Source of the DNA: an uncultured Thermoproteales archaeon
GTDB taxonomy: Archaea > Thermoproteota > Thermoprotei > Thermofilales > CAYSTQ01
NCBI GenBank assembly: GCA_964497915.1
Contig: CAZCFI010000002.1
Location: 1-57,520 of the forward strand
Direction: 5' to 3'
DNA length: 57,520 bases
Below the pieces are notes generated by a model. That model was not told where the DNA came from, made no database searches, and saw only the letters and a list, made by a program, of their open reading frames with translations. Both the position numbers and the translations under genes were made by a program. Below are positions 26,708-36,272 of this stretch, one piece after another; the first letter of the stretch is position 1, and each line of letters begins with the position of its first letter.

Positions 26708-27910
26708 ATGAAGATGCCCCAGGCTGGCTTGGTTGGCAAGCCAAACGTGGGAAAGTCGACGTTCTTCTCGGCAGCCACGCTAGTCGACGTCAAGATAGCC
26801 CCGTACCCCTTCACGACGATAGACTCGAACAGGGGGGTGGGCTACGTGAGGGTCCCCTGCGTGTGCAGGGAGCTGGGCATTAGGGACAACCCGCGGAACT
26901 CCATGTGCATAGACGGCAACAGGTTCATCCCGGTAGAGCTGATAGACGTGGCGGGCCTAGTGCCGGACGCGTGGAGGGGTAGGGGCCTCGGCAACAGATT
27001 CCTGGACGAGCTGAGGAGGGCTGACGTGCTCATACACGTCGTCGACGCGTCTGGCTCCACGGACTTCGAGGGCAGGCCCGTGAAGCCGGGCGAGCACGAC
27101 CCCATCGAGGACGTGAAGTTTCTCGAGAGGGAGATCGACATGTGGCTATTCGCCGTCGTGGAGAGGAACTGGAGGCGCATAGCCCGCCCCGCGTCGCCCG
27201 ACGTGGCGGGTCATGTGGCTAGCGCCCTCAGCGGACTCGGGGTGGGGAGGGACCACGTGGAGGCGGCCATGAAGAGGGCCGACCTGGAGGGCAAGAGGCT
27301 GAGCTCGTGGAGCGACGACGACATACTGAGCTTCGTCAGGGAGCTGAGGAGGCTCTCCAAGCCCATGGTCATAGCCGCAAACAAGGCCGACATCGAGGAG
27401 TCGAGGGACAACATAAGGAGGATGCAGAGGGAGCTCGAGGGCTACGTCGTCGTGCCAACCTCAGCTGAGGCCGAGCTCGCTCTGAGGAGGGCAGCCAGGG
27501 CTGGCCTGATAAGGTACCTGCCCGGCGACAGCGACTTCGAGGTCGTGGAGGGCTCCAAGCTGACCAGGAGGCAGGAGAGGGCGCTGGAGTACATCAGGGA
27601 GAGGGTTCTGAGGGTCTGGGGCTCGACCGGAGTGCAGCAGGTGATAAACGAGGCCTTCCTCGGCGTGCTCGGGATGGTCGTGGTGTTCCCAGTGGAGGAC
27701 GAGAACAGGTTCACCGACCACGAGGGCAATGTCCTGCCTGACGCGCTCCTGGTCCCACCTGGCACCAAGCCCAGGGACCTGGCCTACATGATACACACGG
27801 AGCTAGGCGAGGGCTTCATAGCGGCACTGGACGCTAGGACGAAGATGAGAATACCCTCCGACCAGCCGCTCAAGCACAGGTCTGTCGTCAAGATCTACGC
27901 CAGGAAGTGA
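26708..27910 (+). CDS. Obg-like GTPase/ATPase (YchF/OLA1-related) with C-terminal TGS-like domain
   Basis: GLVGKPNVGKSTFF...YPFTTIDSN...DVAGLV...ANKAD. Confidence 0.85.
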   Translation: MKMPQAGLVGKPNVGKSTFFSAATLVDVKIAPYPFTTIDSNRGVGYVRVPCVCRELGIRDNPRNSMCIDGNRFIPVELIDVAGLVPDAWRGRGLGNRFLDELRRADVLIHVVDASGSTDFEGRPVKPGEHDPIEDVKFLEREIDMWLFAVVERNWRRIARPASPDVAGHVASALSGLGVGRDHVEAAMKRADLEGKRLSSWSDDDILSFVRELRRLSKPMVIAANKADIEESRDNIRRMQRELEGYVVVPTSAEAELALRRAARAGLIRYLPGDSDFEVVEGSKLTRRQERALEYIRERVLRVWGSTGVQQVINEAFLGVLGMVVVFPVEDENRFTDHEGNVLPDALLVPPGTKPRDLAYMIHTELGEGFIAALDARTKMRIPSDQPLKHRSVVKIYARK

Positions 27911-28788
27911 GCCTCATGAGGGAGCGCCTCGCCACAATAGACTCGGTGAGCTTCTGGTACGCTGGCTCCGAGAGGCCGGCCCTGCGCAACGTCACCCTAA
28001 GGGTGCATAGGGGGGACTTCATCCTAATCACCGGCCCCTCCGGCTGCGGCAAGAGCACGCTGTGCCGCCTGCTCAACGGCCTCATCCCGCACTTCTTCCG
28101 GGGCAGGCTCGAGGGTGAGGTAGTCGTGATGGGCTACGACGTGAGGGAGACCCCCACCCACGTGCTCGCGAGGCACGTCGGCATGGTCTTCCAGAACCCG
28201 GAGAACCAGCTCTTTCTGTCCTCCGTCGAGAAGGAGATAGTGTTTGGTCTCGAGAACCTGGGGCTCCCGAGGGGGGAGATAAGGAGGAGGCTCGAGGAGG
28301 TGATCGAGCTATTCGACCTGAGCGAAATAAGGGACAGGCCGCCCTACGAGCTCAGCGGGGGCCAGCAGCAGAGGGTCGCGATAGCTGCAGTCGTGGCAAT
28401 GGGCCCTGAGATCCTGGTGCTCGACGAGCCGACGGCGCACCTCGACCCAGCCAGCTCCAAGGAGGTGATAGACCTAGTGCTCAAGCTGAACAGGGAGCTG
28501 GGGACGACGGTCATCCTGGTGGAGCACAGGCTAGAGCTGGTGGCGCCCCACGCCAGCAGGGTCGTGGTGATGAGCGGGGGCGCCATAGCCATCGAGGGTC
28601 CCCCGAGGGAGGTGCTCCCCTCCCCCGCGGCTAAGGGGGCGGGCGTTAACCTGCCCAAGGTGGTCAGACTCTACTCGTCCTTGAGGTCCAGGGGGCTAGC
28701 CCTGCCCTTAGTCCCCCTGACCCCGGAGGAGCTCGCTGACGCCGTTAGGCTGGCCCGAGTGGGTGTCGCGCGTGGCAGCCGCAGTTGA
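27907..28788 (+). CDS. ECF-type transporter ATPase component (EcfA/CbiO)
   Basis: GPSGCGKST, LSGGQQQRVAIA, LVLDEPTAHLD. Confidence 0.9.
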   Translation: MSLMRERLATIDSVSFWYAGSERPALRNVTLRVHRGDFILITGPSGCGKSTLCRLLNGLIPHFFRGRLEGEVVVMGYDVRETPTHVLARHVGMVFQNPENQLFLSSVEKEIVFGLENLGLPRGEIRRRLEEVIELFDLSEIRDRPPYELSGGQQQRVAIAAVVAMGPEILVLDEPTAHLDPASSKEVIDLVLKLNRELGTTVILVEHRLELVAPHASRVVVMSGGAIAIEGPPREVLPSPAAKGAGVNLPKVVRLYSSLRSRGLALPLVPLTPEELADAVRLARVGVARGSRS

Positions 28789-29596
28789 GGTCGAGGACCT
28801 GTACTTCTACTACACGATGGGCGAATACGTGCTCAGGGGCGTCACGTTCACTGTGGAGCTAGGAGAGAGCGTCGCCATAATGGGGAGCAATGGCGCTGGC
28901 AAAACCACGCTGGTGAAGCACCTCAACGGCCTGCTTAAGCCGGTCAGGGGCGTGGTCCGAGTGCTCGGGATGGACACCAGGGAGCACAGCGTCGCCGAGC
29001 TGGCGAGGCACGTCGGCGTGGTCTTCCAGAACCCAGACCACCAGCTCTTCGCCGAGACTGTCGAGGAGGAGGTCAGGTTCGCCCTGGAGAACTTCGGCTT
29101 CCCCGAGGACGAGATAGAGGAGAGGGTCGAGTGGGCACTCGCGGAGTTCGGCCTCGAGAGGTACAGGAAGGCCTCGCCCTTCAGCCTCAGCGAGGGCGAG
29201 AAGAAGAGGCTGGCCATAGCCTCGGTGGTCGTCTACGAGCCTGACGTTCTCGTGCTCGACGAGCCGACCGTCGGGCAGGACGCGATCCAGAGGGAGAGGA
29301 TAGCCGAGATGCTCAGGGGCTTCATGAAGAGGGGCAGGACTGTCATCGTGGTGAGCCACGACGTGGAGTTCGTAGCTGAGCTGTTCGACAGGGTCATAGT
29401 GATGTCGAGGGGCAGGGTCGTGGCCGACGGCAGCGCCAGGTCCGTCCTGACGGACCTGGCCGTCCTGAGCGAGGCTAGGCTGGAGCTGCCGCAGGTCGCT
29501 GAGTGCGCGCGCAGGCTGGGCGACCTGGGCGTGCCGAGGGACCTCGTGAGGCTCGAGGAGCTAGAGGAGCACTTACTCAGGGTAGTGGGGGTGTGA
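28763..29596 (+). CDS. ECF-type transporter ATPase component (EcfA'/CbiO)
   Basis: GSNGAGKTT, LSEGEKKRLAIA, LVLDEPTVGQD. Confidence 0.9.
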   Translation: MSRVAAAVEVEDLYFYYTMGEYVLRGVTFTVELGESVAIMGSNGAGKTTLVKHLNGLLKPVRGVVRVLGMDTREHSVAELARHVGVVFQNPDHQLFAETVEEEVRFALENFGFPEDEIEERVEWALAEFGLERYRKASPFSLSEGEKKRLAIASVVVYEPDVLVLDEPTVGQDAIQRERIAEMLRGFMKRGRTVIVVSHDVEFVAELFDRVIVMSRGRVVADGSARSVLTDLAVLSEARLELPQVAECARRLGDLGVPRDLVRLEELEEHLLRVVGV

Positions 29597-30381
29597 GGGT
29601 GGCCTGCTACAGGGTGACCGTCCTGAGGGGCTTCGAGTTCAGGAGGAAGGACACCCCAGTCCACAGGCTAGACCCCAGGGCGAAGGCCGTCTACGTGGCG
29701 TGCGCCACCGCCGTGACCCTGATGTTCGCGACGCCGGTGCCGCCCCTCATCGTGCTGCTGACGTCCGTGGCCCTAGTGGCCGTGGCCAGGGTGCTGAGGG
29801 AGTGGGGCAGCACCATGAGGGGAGTCGCCTTCCTCTCAGCCTTCGTGTTCGCGGTAAACTACCTGATGGCGCCCGAGGCCAAGCTGAACTACGCGGTGTC
29901 GATGACACTCAGGCTCGTGGCGCTGACGTCGGTGTTCTCCGTATTCTTCCTAACAACGAGCCCCGAGGACTTCGCCCTAGCCCTGCTGAAGCTCGGGGTG
30001 CCCTACGAGTACACCTTGGTCTTCACGATGGCTCTCCGCTTTGTGCCCACACTCGCCCGCGACCTGCGGACGATAATAGACGCGCAGCGGAGCAGGGGCC
30101 TCGAGCTAGAGAGGGGGGGCTTGCTGCAGAGGGTTAAGAGGTTCCTACCCATACTGATACCGCTGATAGTCTACGAGATAAAGAGGAGCTACATGATAGC
30201 TGAGGCGCTCGAGGCCAGGGCGTTCGGGGCCGTGGAGACCCGGACCTTCTTCTACGAGTTGAGAATGCGCTCCTCAGACTGGGCGGCTTGCGCCCTTAGC
30301 CTAGCAGCCCTAGGCGTCGTGGTGGCCTGCTACCTAACCGGAACCCTGCCCAGCTGGCTCCTGTGGGAGGTGCCCGGCTAG
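29593..30381 (+). CDS. ECF transporter transmembrane T component (EcfT/CbiQ)
   Basis: HRLDPRAKAV..., multiple TM segments, ARxxR-type loops (ALRFVPTLARDLRTIIDAQRSRG). GTG 29593 overlaps the upstream stop (GTGTGA). Confidence 0.85.
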   Translation: MRVACYRVTVLRGFEFRRKDTPVHRLDPRAKAVYVACATAVTLMFATPVPPLIVLLTSVALVAVARVLREWGSTMRGVAFLSAFVFAVNYLMAPEAKLNYAVSMTLRLVALTSVFSVFFLTTSPEDFALALLKLGVPYEYTLVFTMALRFVPTLARDLRTIIDAQRSRGLELERGGLLQRVKRFLPILIPLIVYEIKRSYMIAEALEARAFGAVETRTFFYELRMRSSDWAACALSLAALGVVVACYLTGTLPSWLLWEVPG

Positions 30382-30382
30382 C

Positions 30383-31018
30383 CTACTCCCTGCCACGCAT
30401 CCTCAGAACCTCGACCCACGGATTGTCCAGCAGGTAGGACGGGACTTCAGCGCTGCGCTCAGCTCTGGCGCCGCTCTCGGGGGGCGCGCTGGCACTAGTC
30501 AGGCACCCCCTCAGCATCGCTATCTCCTCGCTGAGCTTAGCCACGGCCCCCCTCAGCATCACTATGTTCTCATTCAGCTCCCTCAGCAGCGTGCACAGCT
30601 CCCTCCCGTCGAGCCCGCCCTCCCCGTGGGAGCGCGCGCTCAGGTAGCCACTCAGAGCCTCCAGCAGCACCTTGGCAAGGGCGCCCTCTAGCGAGCCACC
30701 TCTGCCTGAGCAGCCCTCGGGAGCGGCGCTGTTGGCCTTGGCCCGGCTCAGCATTCTCCTGCTCCTGACCTTCAGCCTCTCCGCCACATCCTCTAGCCCC
30801 ATCTCGCGCAGGTTCCTCCTGTACTTGTAAAGCGCCTTGTAGACCGTCCTGACGGAGACCCCCAGCCTCTCAGAGATCTCCTTGGGTTCGCTGCCCTGGA
30901 GGTACTCTTGGACTATCCTGCGCTCAGTGGCCGTGAGCCCGGCCAGCGCTCTCTCCAACTCAAACACCTTGCGATAGAAGTAACGGCGCTGCCCTTTTAT
31001 CCCTTCCCACGAGCTCAC
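30383..31018 (-). CDS. HTH protein (sigma-70 region-4/LuxR-like helix-turn-helix) with coiled-coil and conserved-looking C-terminal DNPW tail
   Basis: LTATERRIVQEYLQGSEPKEISERLGVSVRTVYKALYKYRRNLREMG, then a heptad-like repeat NIVMLRGAVAKLSEEIAMLRGCL. C-terminus is VPSYLLDNPWVEVLRMRGRE. Lies 42 nt downstream of EF-2. Confidence 0.6.
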   Translation of the reverse strand: MSSWEGIKGQRRYFYRKVFELERALAGLTATERRIVQEYLQGSEPKEISERLGVSVRTVYKALYKYRRNLREMGLEDVAERLKVRSRRMLSRAKANSAAPEGCSGRGGSLEGALAKVLLEALSGYLSARSHGEGGLDGRELCTLLRELNENIVMLRGAVAKLSEEIAMLRGCLTSASAPPESGARAERSAEVPSYLLDNPWVEVLRMRGRE

Positions 31019-31060
31019 GAGGGTGTAGATAGAAGGAGCGTGAGGCGGGCAGAACGGCGG

Positions 31061-33265
31061 CTACGGCTTGATGAAGTCCTCGGGCCTCGGTATCACGGGC
31101 TTGAGTCCCTTCCTCTCCCTTATCTTCAGTATCAGGTCCTTGAGCATGCTCTCTGGCACCGGGGCCCACTTCTCGAACTGGGTGCTCCAGAAGGCCTTGC
31201 CCATGGTGGAGCTCCTCATCGCGTCAGCGAGGTCGAAGGTCTCGGAGACTGGGATCTCGCCCCTGATGTGCATGAGCATGCCGCTCTGAGTTATGTTCAC
31301 TATCCTGCCCCTCCTCTTGGTGAGGACGCTCAGGGCGCCGCTTAGCTGCTCCTGAGGCACCTTTATGTCTATCTTGAGTATGGGCTCCAGGAGCGTTGGC
31401 CTGGCCGACAGGAAGGCGGCGAAGATTGCGTTCTTCGTGGCTGGCATGATCTGAGCTGGCCCCCTGTGAGCTGGGTCCTCGTGTATTGTGGCGTCGTGGA
31501 GCACCACCTTGACCCCCCTGACCGGCTCTTGGGCCAGGGGGCCAGCCTCGAAGGCCCACCTGAAGCCCATGATGATGGTGTCCCTGATCTCTCGGAGGTG
31601 CTGGACTCCGCTCGTCACGTTGACCAGCATGTTCAGGTTGTCGTCTATGGCCCACACGCCTCTAGCCTCGTCGCTGTCCCAGCCGGCTTGCTCCCTCAGG
31701 ATCTTAGCTCTCTCCCTCCAGTCCTGTCCATCATATATGACGCCCCTCTGGAGCAGGTCTAGCGTCTCCTCGTTTAGCGGCTCAACGCTGAAGTAGAGCT
31801 TGTTGTGCTTGTTGGGGCTCTTGCCCTCGAAGACTGGGCTCTCCTCTCTGACGGTCTCCCTGTACCTGACTATGGGCGGGCTCGTCACGACGTCGAGGCC
31901 CGTGCGCTGCTTAAGCTGCCACAGCACTATCTCCAGGTGCAGCGTGCCCATGCCGCTTATCAAGTACTCGCCAGTCTCCTCGTTTATGAAGACGTGGAGC
32001 GTCGGGTCCTCTATGGCCAGCTTCCTAAGGGCGTCGACCAGCCTCGGCAGGTCGCTACTCCTCTTGGGCTCGATCGCTATGGTCACCACGGGCTCGCTGA
32101 TGTAGAAGAGCCTCTCGAACGGGCTCATTACGTCCTTGTACCTCACGTCGACTATGGTCTCGCCAGCCCTGGCCTTCTCGAGCCCGAGCATGGCCACTAT
32201 GTTGCCGGCCGTTACCTCGTCCGCGACCTCTCGGTACGGCCCCATGTAGAGGCCGACCTGGAGTATTCGCTCGCCGGTCCTCGCGTTGACGAGGTAGACC
32301 TCGCTGCCAGGCTTGGCGGTGCCGCTGAAGACCCTGCCGGTGGCCACGAAGCCGGCGTGCGGGTCGACGACGACCTTGCTGACGCCTATCACTAGCGGGC
32401 CATCGGGGTCGGCCTCCAGCATCGCCTTGCCTATCTCGCTGTCTAGGTCGCCGTGCCACAGCTTGGGTATCCTGTACCTCTGGGCCTCCCTCGGGTTAGG
32501 GACGTGCTCCACGATCATGTCCAGGATGGCCACGTAGAGCGGCATCTCCTTGGCCAGCTCGTCCACGTACCCGTGCTCGTAGGCATCGACGACGTCGCTG
32601 AACTTGAAGCCCTTGCTCTTGGCTATCGGCACTGTGAAGCCCCACTTGTGCAGGGCGCTGCCGAAGGCCACCTGCCCCTTGGCTGGGTCGACCTTCCACT
32701 TCTCCTTGAAGCCCTTCTCGCCGTAGAGCTCAATGAGGTTGTTGAAGTCCCTGATTATCTCCACGAACCTCCTCTGGATCTCGCTCGGGGAGAGCTTAAG
32801 CTCCTTTATCAGCCTGTCCACCTTGTTTATGAAGAGGAGCGGCCTGACTCTCTCGGCCAGAGCCTGCCTGACCACAGTCTCAGTCTGCGTCATCACGCCT
32901 TCCACCGCGTCGACCACCACTAGGGCGCCATCCATCACCCTAAGCGACCTGGTGACGTGGCCGGTGAAGTCGACGTGGCCAGGGGTGTCAACCAGGTTTA
33001 TGACGTAGGGCTTCCCGTGCCACTCGTGGTACAGAGATATGTTGGCCGCCTTGACGGTCATCTGCCTCAGCTGCTCTATCTCGACGTAGTCGAGGGCCAG
33101 CGCCTTGCCTGCCACCTTGGGGCTCAGGAGGCCAGCGGCCATCAGCAGGCTGTCCGTGGTGGTCGTCTTGCCGTGGTCGACGTGGGCTAGGGTGCCGATG
33201 TTCCTGACCTGCTCAACGCTCCTCATTATCTTGAGGATCTCCGCTGTCTGCTTGAACTTGACCAC
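31061..33265 (-). CDS. fusA: Translation elongation factor 2 (aEF-2)
   Basis: [20 protein letters not shown]...DTPGHVDF. 734 aa, GTG start. Confidence 0.97.
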   Translation of the reverse strand: MVKFKQTAEILKIMRSVEQVRNIGTLAHVDHGKTTTTDSLLMAAGLLSPKVAGKALALDYVEIEQLRQMTVKAANISLYHEWHGKPYVINLVDTPGHVDFTGHVTRSLRVMDGALVVVDAVEGVMTQTETVVRQALAERVRPLLFINKVDRLIKELKLSPSEIQRRFVEIIRDFNNLIELYGEKGFKEKWKVDPAKGQVAFGSALHKWGFTVPIAKSKGFKFSDVVDAYEHGYVDELAKEMPLYVAILDMIVEHVPNPREAQRYRIPKLWHGDLDSEIGKAMLEADPDGPLVIGVSKVVVDPHAGFVATGRVFSGTAKPGSEVYLVNARTGERILQVGLYMGPYREVADEVTAGNIVAMLGLEKARAGETIVDVRYKDVMSPFERLFYISEPVVTIAIEPKRSSDLPRLVDALRKLAIEDPTLHVFINEETGEYLISGMGTLHLEIVLWQLKQRTGLDVVTSPPIVRYRETVREESPVFEGKSPNKHNKLYFSVEPLNEETLDLLQRGVIYDGQDWRERAKILREQAGWDSDEARGVWAIDDNLNMLVNVTSGVQHLREIRDTIIMGFRWAFEAGPLAQEPVRGVKVVLHDATIHEDPAHRGPAQIMPATKNAIFAAFLSARPTLLEPILKIDIKVPQEQLSGALSVLTKRRGRIVNITQSGMLMHIRGEIPVSETFDLADAMRSSTMGKAFWSTQFEKWAPVPESMLKDLILKIRERKGLKPVIPRPEDFIKP

Positions 33266-33363
33266 TCAGCCACACCCCCGCCTAAATACGCAAGCTAATC
33301 ATCTTTTATTAAGTTTTCCTCGGGGCTCCGACGGCCATCGGCTGGCCTTGGAGGAGCCTGCCC

Positions 33364-35556
33364 TCACATGAAGTCCTCGAGCGTGACGGGCCTGCGGCTA
33401 AGGGCCCTCACCTCGGCCTCGGAGACCTCCTCGCCCAGGAACTCCTTTATGCGCCTCGCCACCTCAACGCCTATCCCGGGGACGGCGACGAGCTGCTCCA
33501 GGGTGGCCCTCCTCAAGTCCTCCAGGCTCCTGAAGCCGTGCCTGTAGAGCAGCCTGGCCCTAACCCTCCCGACGCCCTTGATCCTGACGAGCTCCAGCAG
33601 CTCCTCCCTGACGCCGTGCCTCACCCTCTCCCTGAGGATCGCGAGCCTCCTGAAGTGCTCCAGCATGCCCTCGACCTTGGCCAGCTCAGAGGCGGCGTAG
33701 AGGAGCCACTCGGCGGTCTGCGTCAGGCTGTATATGTCACCGGGCCCCACGTCGTAGGCGTCGACCAGCCTCTCCTCAGGCACCTCCTCTATCCAGTCGT
33801 GGAGCAGCTTCACCGTCTTGAGCTCGGCTAGGAGGTACTCGCGCTCGTAGTAGTCGTCCAACCTGCCCTCGTCCACCACCAGCTCGCCGCGCAGCTCCTC
33901 GAGGAGCTCCTCGTAGGCCTCCTCCTCCCTCCTCCTGACGTAGAGCTTCGGCATGTCGGGCGTCATGACTATGAGGTGGAGGTAGCCGAGCACGCCCAGC
34001 TCCCCCTCCTCCCTAAGCTTGGACACGATTATCGTGGCCGACAGGGGGTCGACGTACAGCTGGGAGACCCTCCTGCCCAGCGGGGTCGCCTCGAGCTCGC
34101 CCCCACCCCCCTCGCACACCATCCCAACCTCCCTCAGGAAGCTGAGCACGGCGCGGAGCTTGTCGCTGATCCCGTAGCCCTTGAACTGATGCCCGTAGAA
34201 CGTGGAGCTCATGAGCCCCTCGAGGTCGCTGGGGCTGGACGCGTAGCCGGAGGCTATGGCGGCGAGCGCGTGCGACCTGAGGCTCCTCTCCGAGGCCAGC
34301 TTGGAGACTATCCTCTCGGGCTCAGCCCTGACGTACTCCTCCATCAGCATGTCGAGCTCCTCGGAGCTCCTCGCCACCAGGACGCTCTCGCCCCACTCGT
34401 CGTACTTGGGCCTGCCAGCCCTGCCAGCCATCTGCTTGTACTCCAGCACTGGGATCGGCTCGAAGTAGCCCAGCTCCGCGTTGAACCTCCTGTAGTGGCT
34501 TATCACGACCCTCCTGGCTGGCAGGTTGACGCCAGCTGCGAGCGTGGGAGTCGCGACGACGACCTGCACGACGTTGCCCCTGAACTCTCGCTCCACCAGC
34601 CTGCGGACCGGGTGGGGCAGCCCGGCGTGGTGGAAGGCGACGCCGCACCTCATGCACTCGGAGAGCTCCTCGGCTATCCTGTCCCTCTCGAGGCTCAGGA
34701 CCTGGCGGGACAGCTCGCTCAGCTCCCTCCTCAGCTCGGCTGAGAGCGTGCGCCTGACGTGCTTGGCGAGCCTCCTTGCTAGCGAGACGGCGTTGTGCCT
34801 GGTGTTAGCGAACACCAGCACCTGCCCGCCCTCGCTGAGCGAGCTCAGCGTCAGGTCGACGACGGGGCCGTGTGCCTTGCCCACGTACCTCACGCCCCCG
34901 TCGCCGTAAAATACGTCTCCGTCGTAGTAGACCCCCTCCCTGAGCGGCACGGGCCTCCACCTGCTCTCGACGAGCTTGGCGCCGAGCCACTCAGCTATCT
35001 CGCGGCAGTTGCTTATCGTGGCGCTGAGCCCTAGGAGCTGAAGGTCCGGGTTTAGCCTCCTGAGCCTGGCCACCACCATCTCGAGAGTGGGCCCCCTCTT
35101 GCCGTCGTGGAGCAGGTGTATCTCGTCCAGCACCACCAATGAGACGTGCTCCAGCCACGAGGCCCTGTGCCTGAGGAGGCTGTCCATCTTCTCGTACGTC
35201 GCAACCACTATGTCGTACTCGCCGAGCCACGGGTCTGACGAGTCGTAGTCGCCGGTGCTTATGGCCACCTTGAGGCCCAGCTCAGCGTACTTGCTGAAGT
35301 CCTCGTACTTCTCAGAGGCCAGGGCCCTGAGGGGGGTGAGGTAAACAGCCTTGCCGCCGCGCTCCATGGCCGTCCTGAGCATGGCGAGCTCGGCGACCAG
35401 AGTCTTGCCGGAGGCCGTCGGGGCGCTTATGACGAGGCTCTCCCCCTCGAGGACGCCAGCCCTCACGGCCTCCTCCTGGGGCGGGTAGAGCTCGCGGTAC
35501 CCGAGCCTAGCCAGTAGCTCCTTGGCCTCCCGGGGGAGTGGGAGCTCCGAGATCAG
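33364..35556 (-). CDS. hel308: Ski2-type DNA helicase Hel308; start codon unresolved
   Basis: ISAPTASGKTL, VLDEIH, SAT, HHAGL, C-terminal HhH. The conserved Q-motif region LPLPREAKELLARLGYRELYPPQEEAV lies upstream of the first GTG (35466). The frame opens right after a TAG at 35581..35583 and has no ATG/GTG/TTG. The start given here is the CTG at 35556, tentative. Confidence 0.9.
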   Translation of the reverse strand: MISELPLPREAKELLARLGYRELYPPQEEAVRAGVLEGESLVISAPTASGKTLVAELAMLRTAMERGGKAVYLTPLRALASEKYEDFSKYAELGLKVAISTGDYDSSDPWLGEYDIVVATYEKMDSLLRHRASWLEHVSLVVLDEIHLLHDGKRGPTLEMVVARLRRLNPDLQLLGLSATISNCREIAEWLGAKLVESRWRPVPLREGVYYDGDVFYGDGGVRYVGKAHGPVVDLTLSSLSEGGQVLVFANTRHNAVSLARRLAKHVRRTLSAELRRELSELSRQVLSLERDRIAEELSECMRCGVAFHHAGLPHPVRRLVEREFRGNVVQVVVATPTLAAGVNLPARRVVISHYRRFNAELGYFEPIPVLEYKQMAGRAGRPKYDEWGESVLVARSSEELDMLMEEYVRAEPERIVSKLASERSLRSHALAAIASGYASSPSDLEGLMSSTFYGHQFKGYGISDKLRAVLSFLREVGMVCEGGGGELEATPLGRRVSQLYVDPLSATIIVSKLREEGELGVLGYLHLIVMTPDMPKLYVRRREEEAYEELLEELRGELVVDEGRLDDYYEREYLLAELKTVKLLHDWIEEVPEERLVDAYDVGPGDIYSLTQTAEWLLYAASELAKVEGMLEHFRRLAILRERVRHGVREELLELVRIKGVGRVRARLLYRHGFRSLEDLRRATLEQLVAVPGIGVEVARRIKEFLGEEVSEAEVRALSRRPVTLEDFM

Positions 35557-35664
35557 CGTGGCGACGGCACCCTCCTGAGGCTAGAGCTAACACCCCCCTA
35601 CTATTCCCCGCGGCCCTATTAAGGCGTTCCCCGAGAGCTGGGGGGAGAATTCGCGGCTATAGCC

Positions 35665-36258
35665 CTAGCGCCTGGAGACGTAGGGGCTGTCGCGGACGTA
35701 GAAGCGCCAGGGCGCCTCGCGAGCCTTGGTGACGCCGACCCTCGTGGACGTGACAACCCTGCTGTCGGGCACGTCAGCTCCCCGCGCGATGTAGAGGACC
35801 CTGCCCTCCGTCAGGTCCCAGCCGTTGAAGGACAGGTCGATCCCGTAGGCCTCCGTCAGCCTGGCGGGGCCGCTGGTGAGCAGCCTAGGGTCATCGACGC
35901 CCCTCCTCGCCCTCATCACCTCCACCCCCTCGACGGGCTCGACAGCCCTTATCAGGACGGCTGAGCCCAGCCCCCTCCTCTCCGCGGCCACGACGTTCAG
36001 GCAGAAGTGGACGCCGTAGATCCTGTACACGTAAGCCAGCCCCGGCTCGCGCCAGAGGGGCCAGTTGTACTTAGTCCTGCCCCTCGCGGCGTGGCTCGCC
36101 GGGTCCTCGGGGCCGCCGTAGGCCTCAGTCTCAACTATCGCGCCGACAAGGAGCGTCTCCCCCTCCTCCTTCACGAGCAGCTTCCCTAGCAGCTCGCGCG
36201 CGACTATCACCGACGGCCTCTCGTAGAAGGCCCTCGGGAGGGCTCTGTACCTGCCCAA
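35665..36258 (-). CDS. DNA-3-methyladenine glycosylase (MPG/AAG family)
   Basis: FYERPSVIVARELLGKLLV...VETEAYGGPEDPASHA...LAYVYRIYGVHFCLNVV. Confidence 0.9.
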   Translation of the reverse strand: MGRYRALPRAFYERPSVIVARELLGKLLVKEEGETLLVGAIVETEAYGGPEDPASHAARGRTKYNWPLWREPGLAYVYRIYGVHFCLNVVAAERRGLGSAVLIRAVEPVEGVEVMRARRGVDDPRLLTSGPARLTEAYGIDLSFNGWDLTEGRVLYIARGADVPDSRVVTSTRVGVTKAREAPWRFYVRDSPYVSRR

Positions 36259-36272
36259 GTCCCTCCCCGCCG

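Noticed and set aside
33976-34743. Long ORFs antisense to well-supported genes. Examples are 33976..34743 (255 aa), 37080..37964 (294 aa), 37983..38849 (288 aa), 54633..55421 (262 aa), 7742..8518 (258 aa), 9941..10621 (226 aa) and 31805..32395 (196 aa).
   Set aside because: They lie opposite or out of frame to genes with unmistakable family signatures (Hel308, MCM, Cdc48, RecJ-like, DHH, EF-2). Their translations are Arg/Pro/Gly/His-rich low-information sequence, typical of stop-poor alternative frames in GC-rich DNA.
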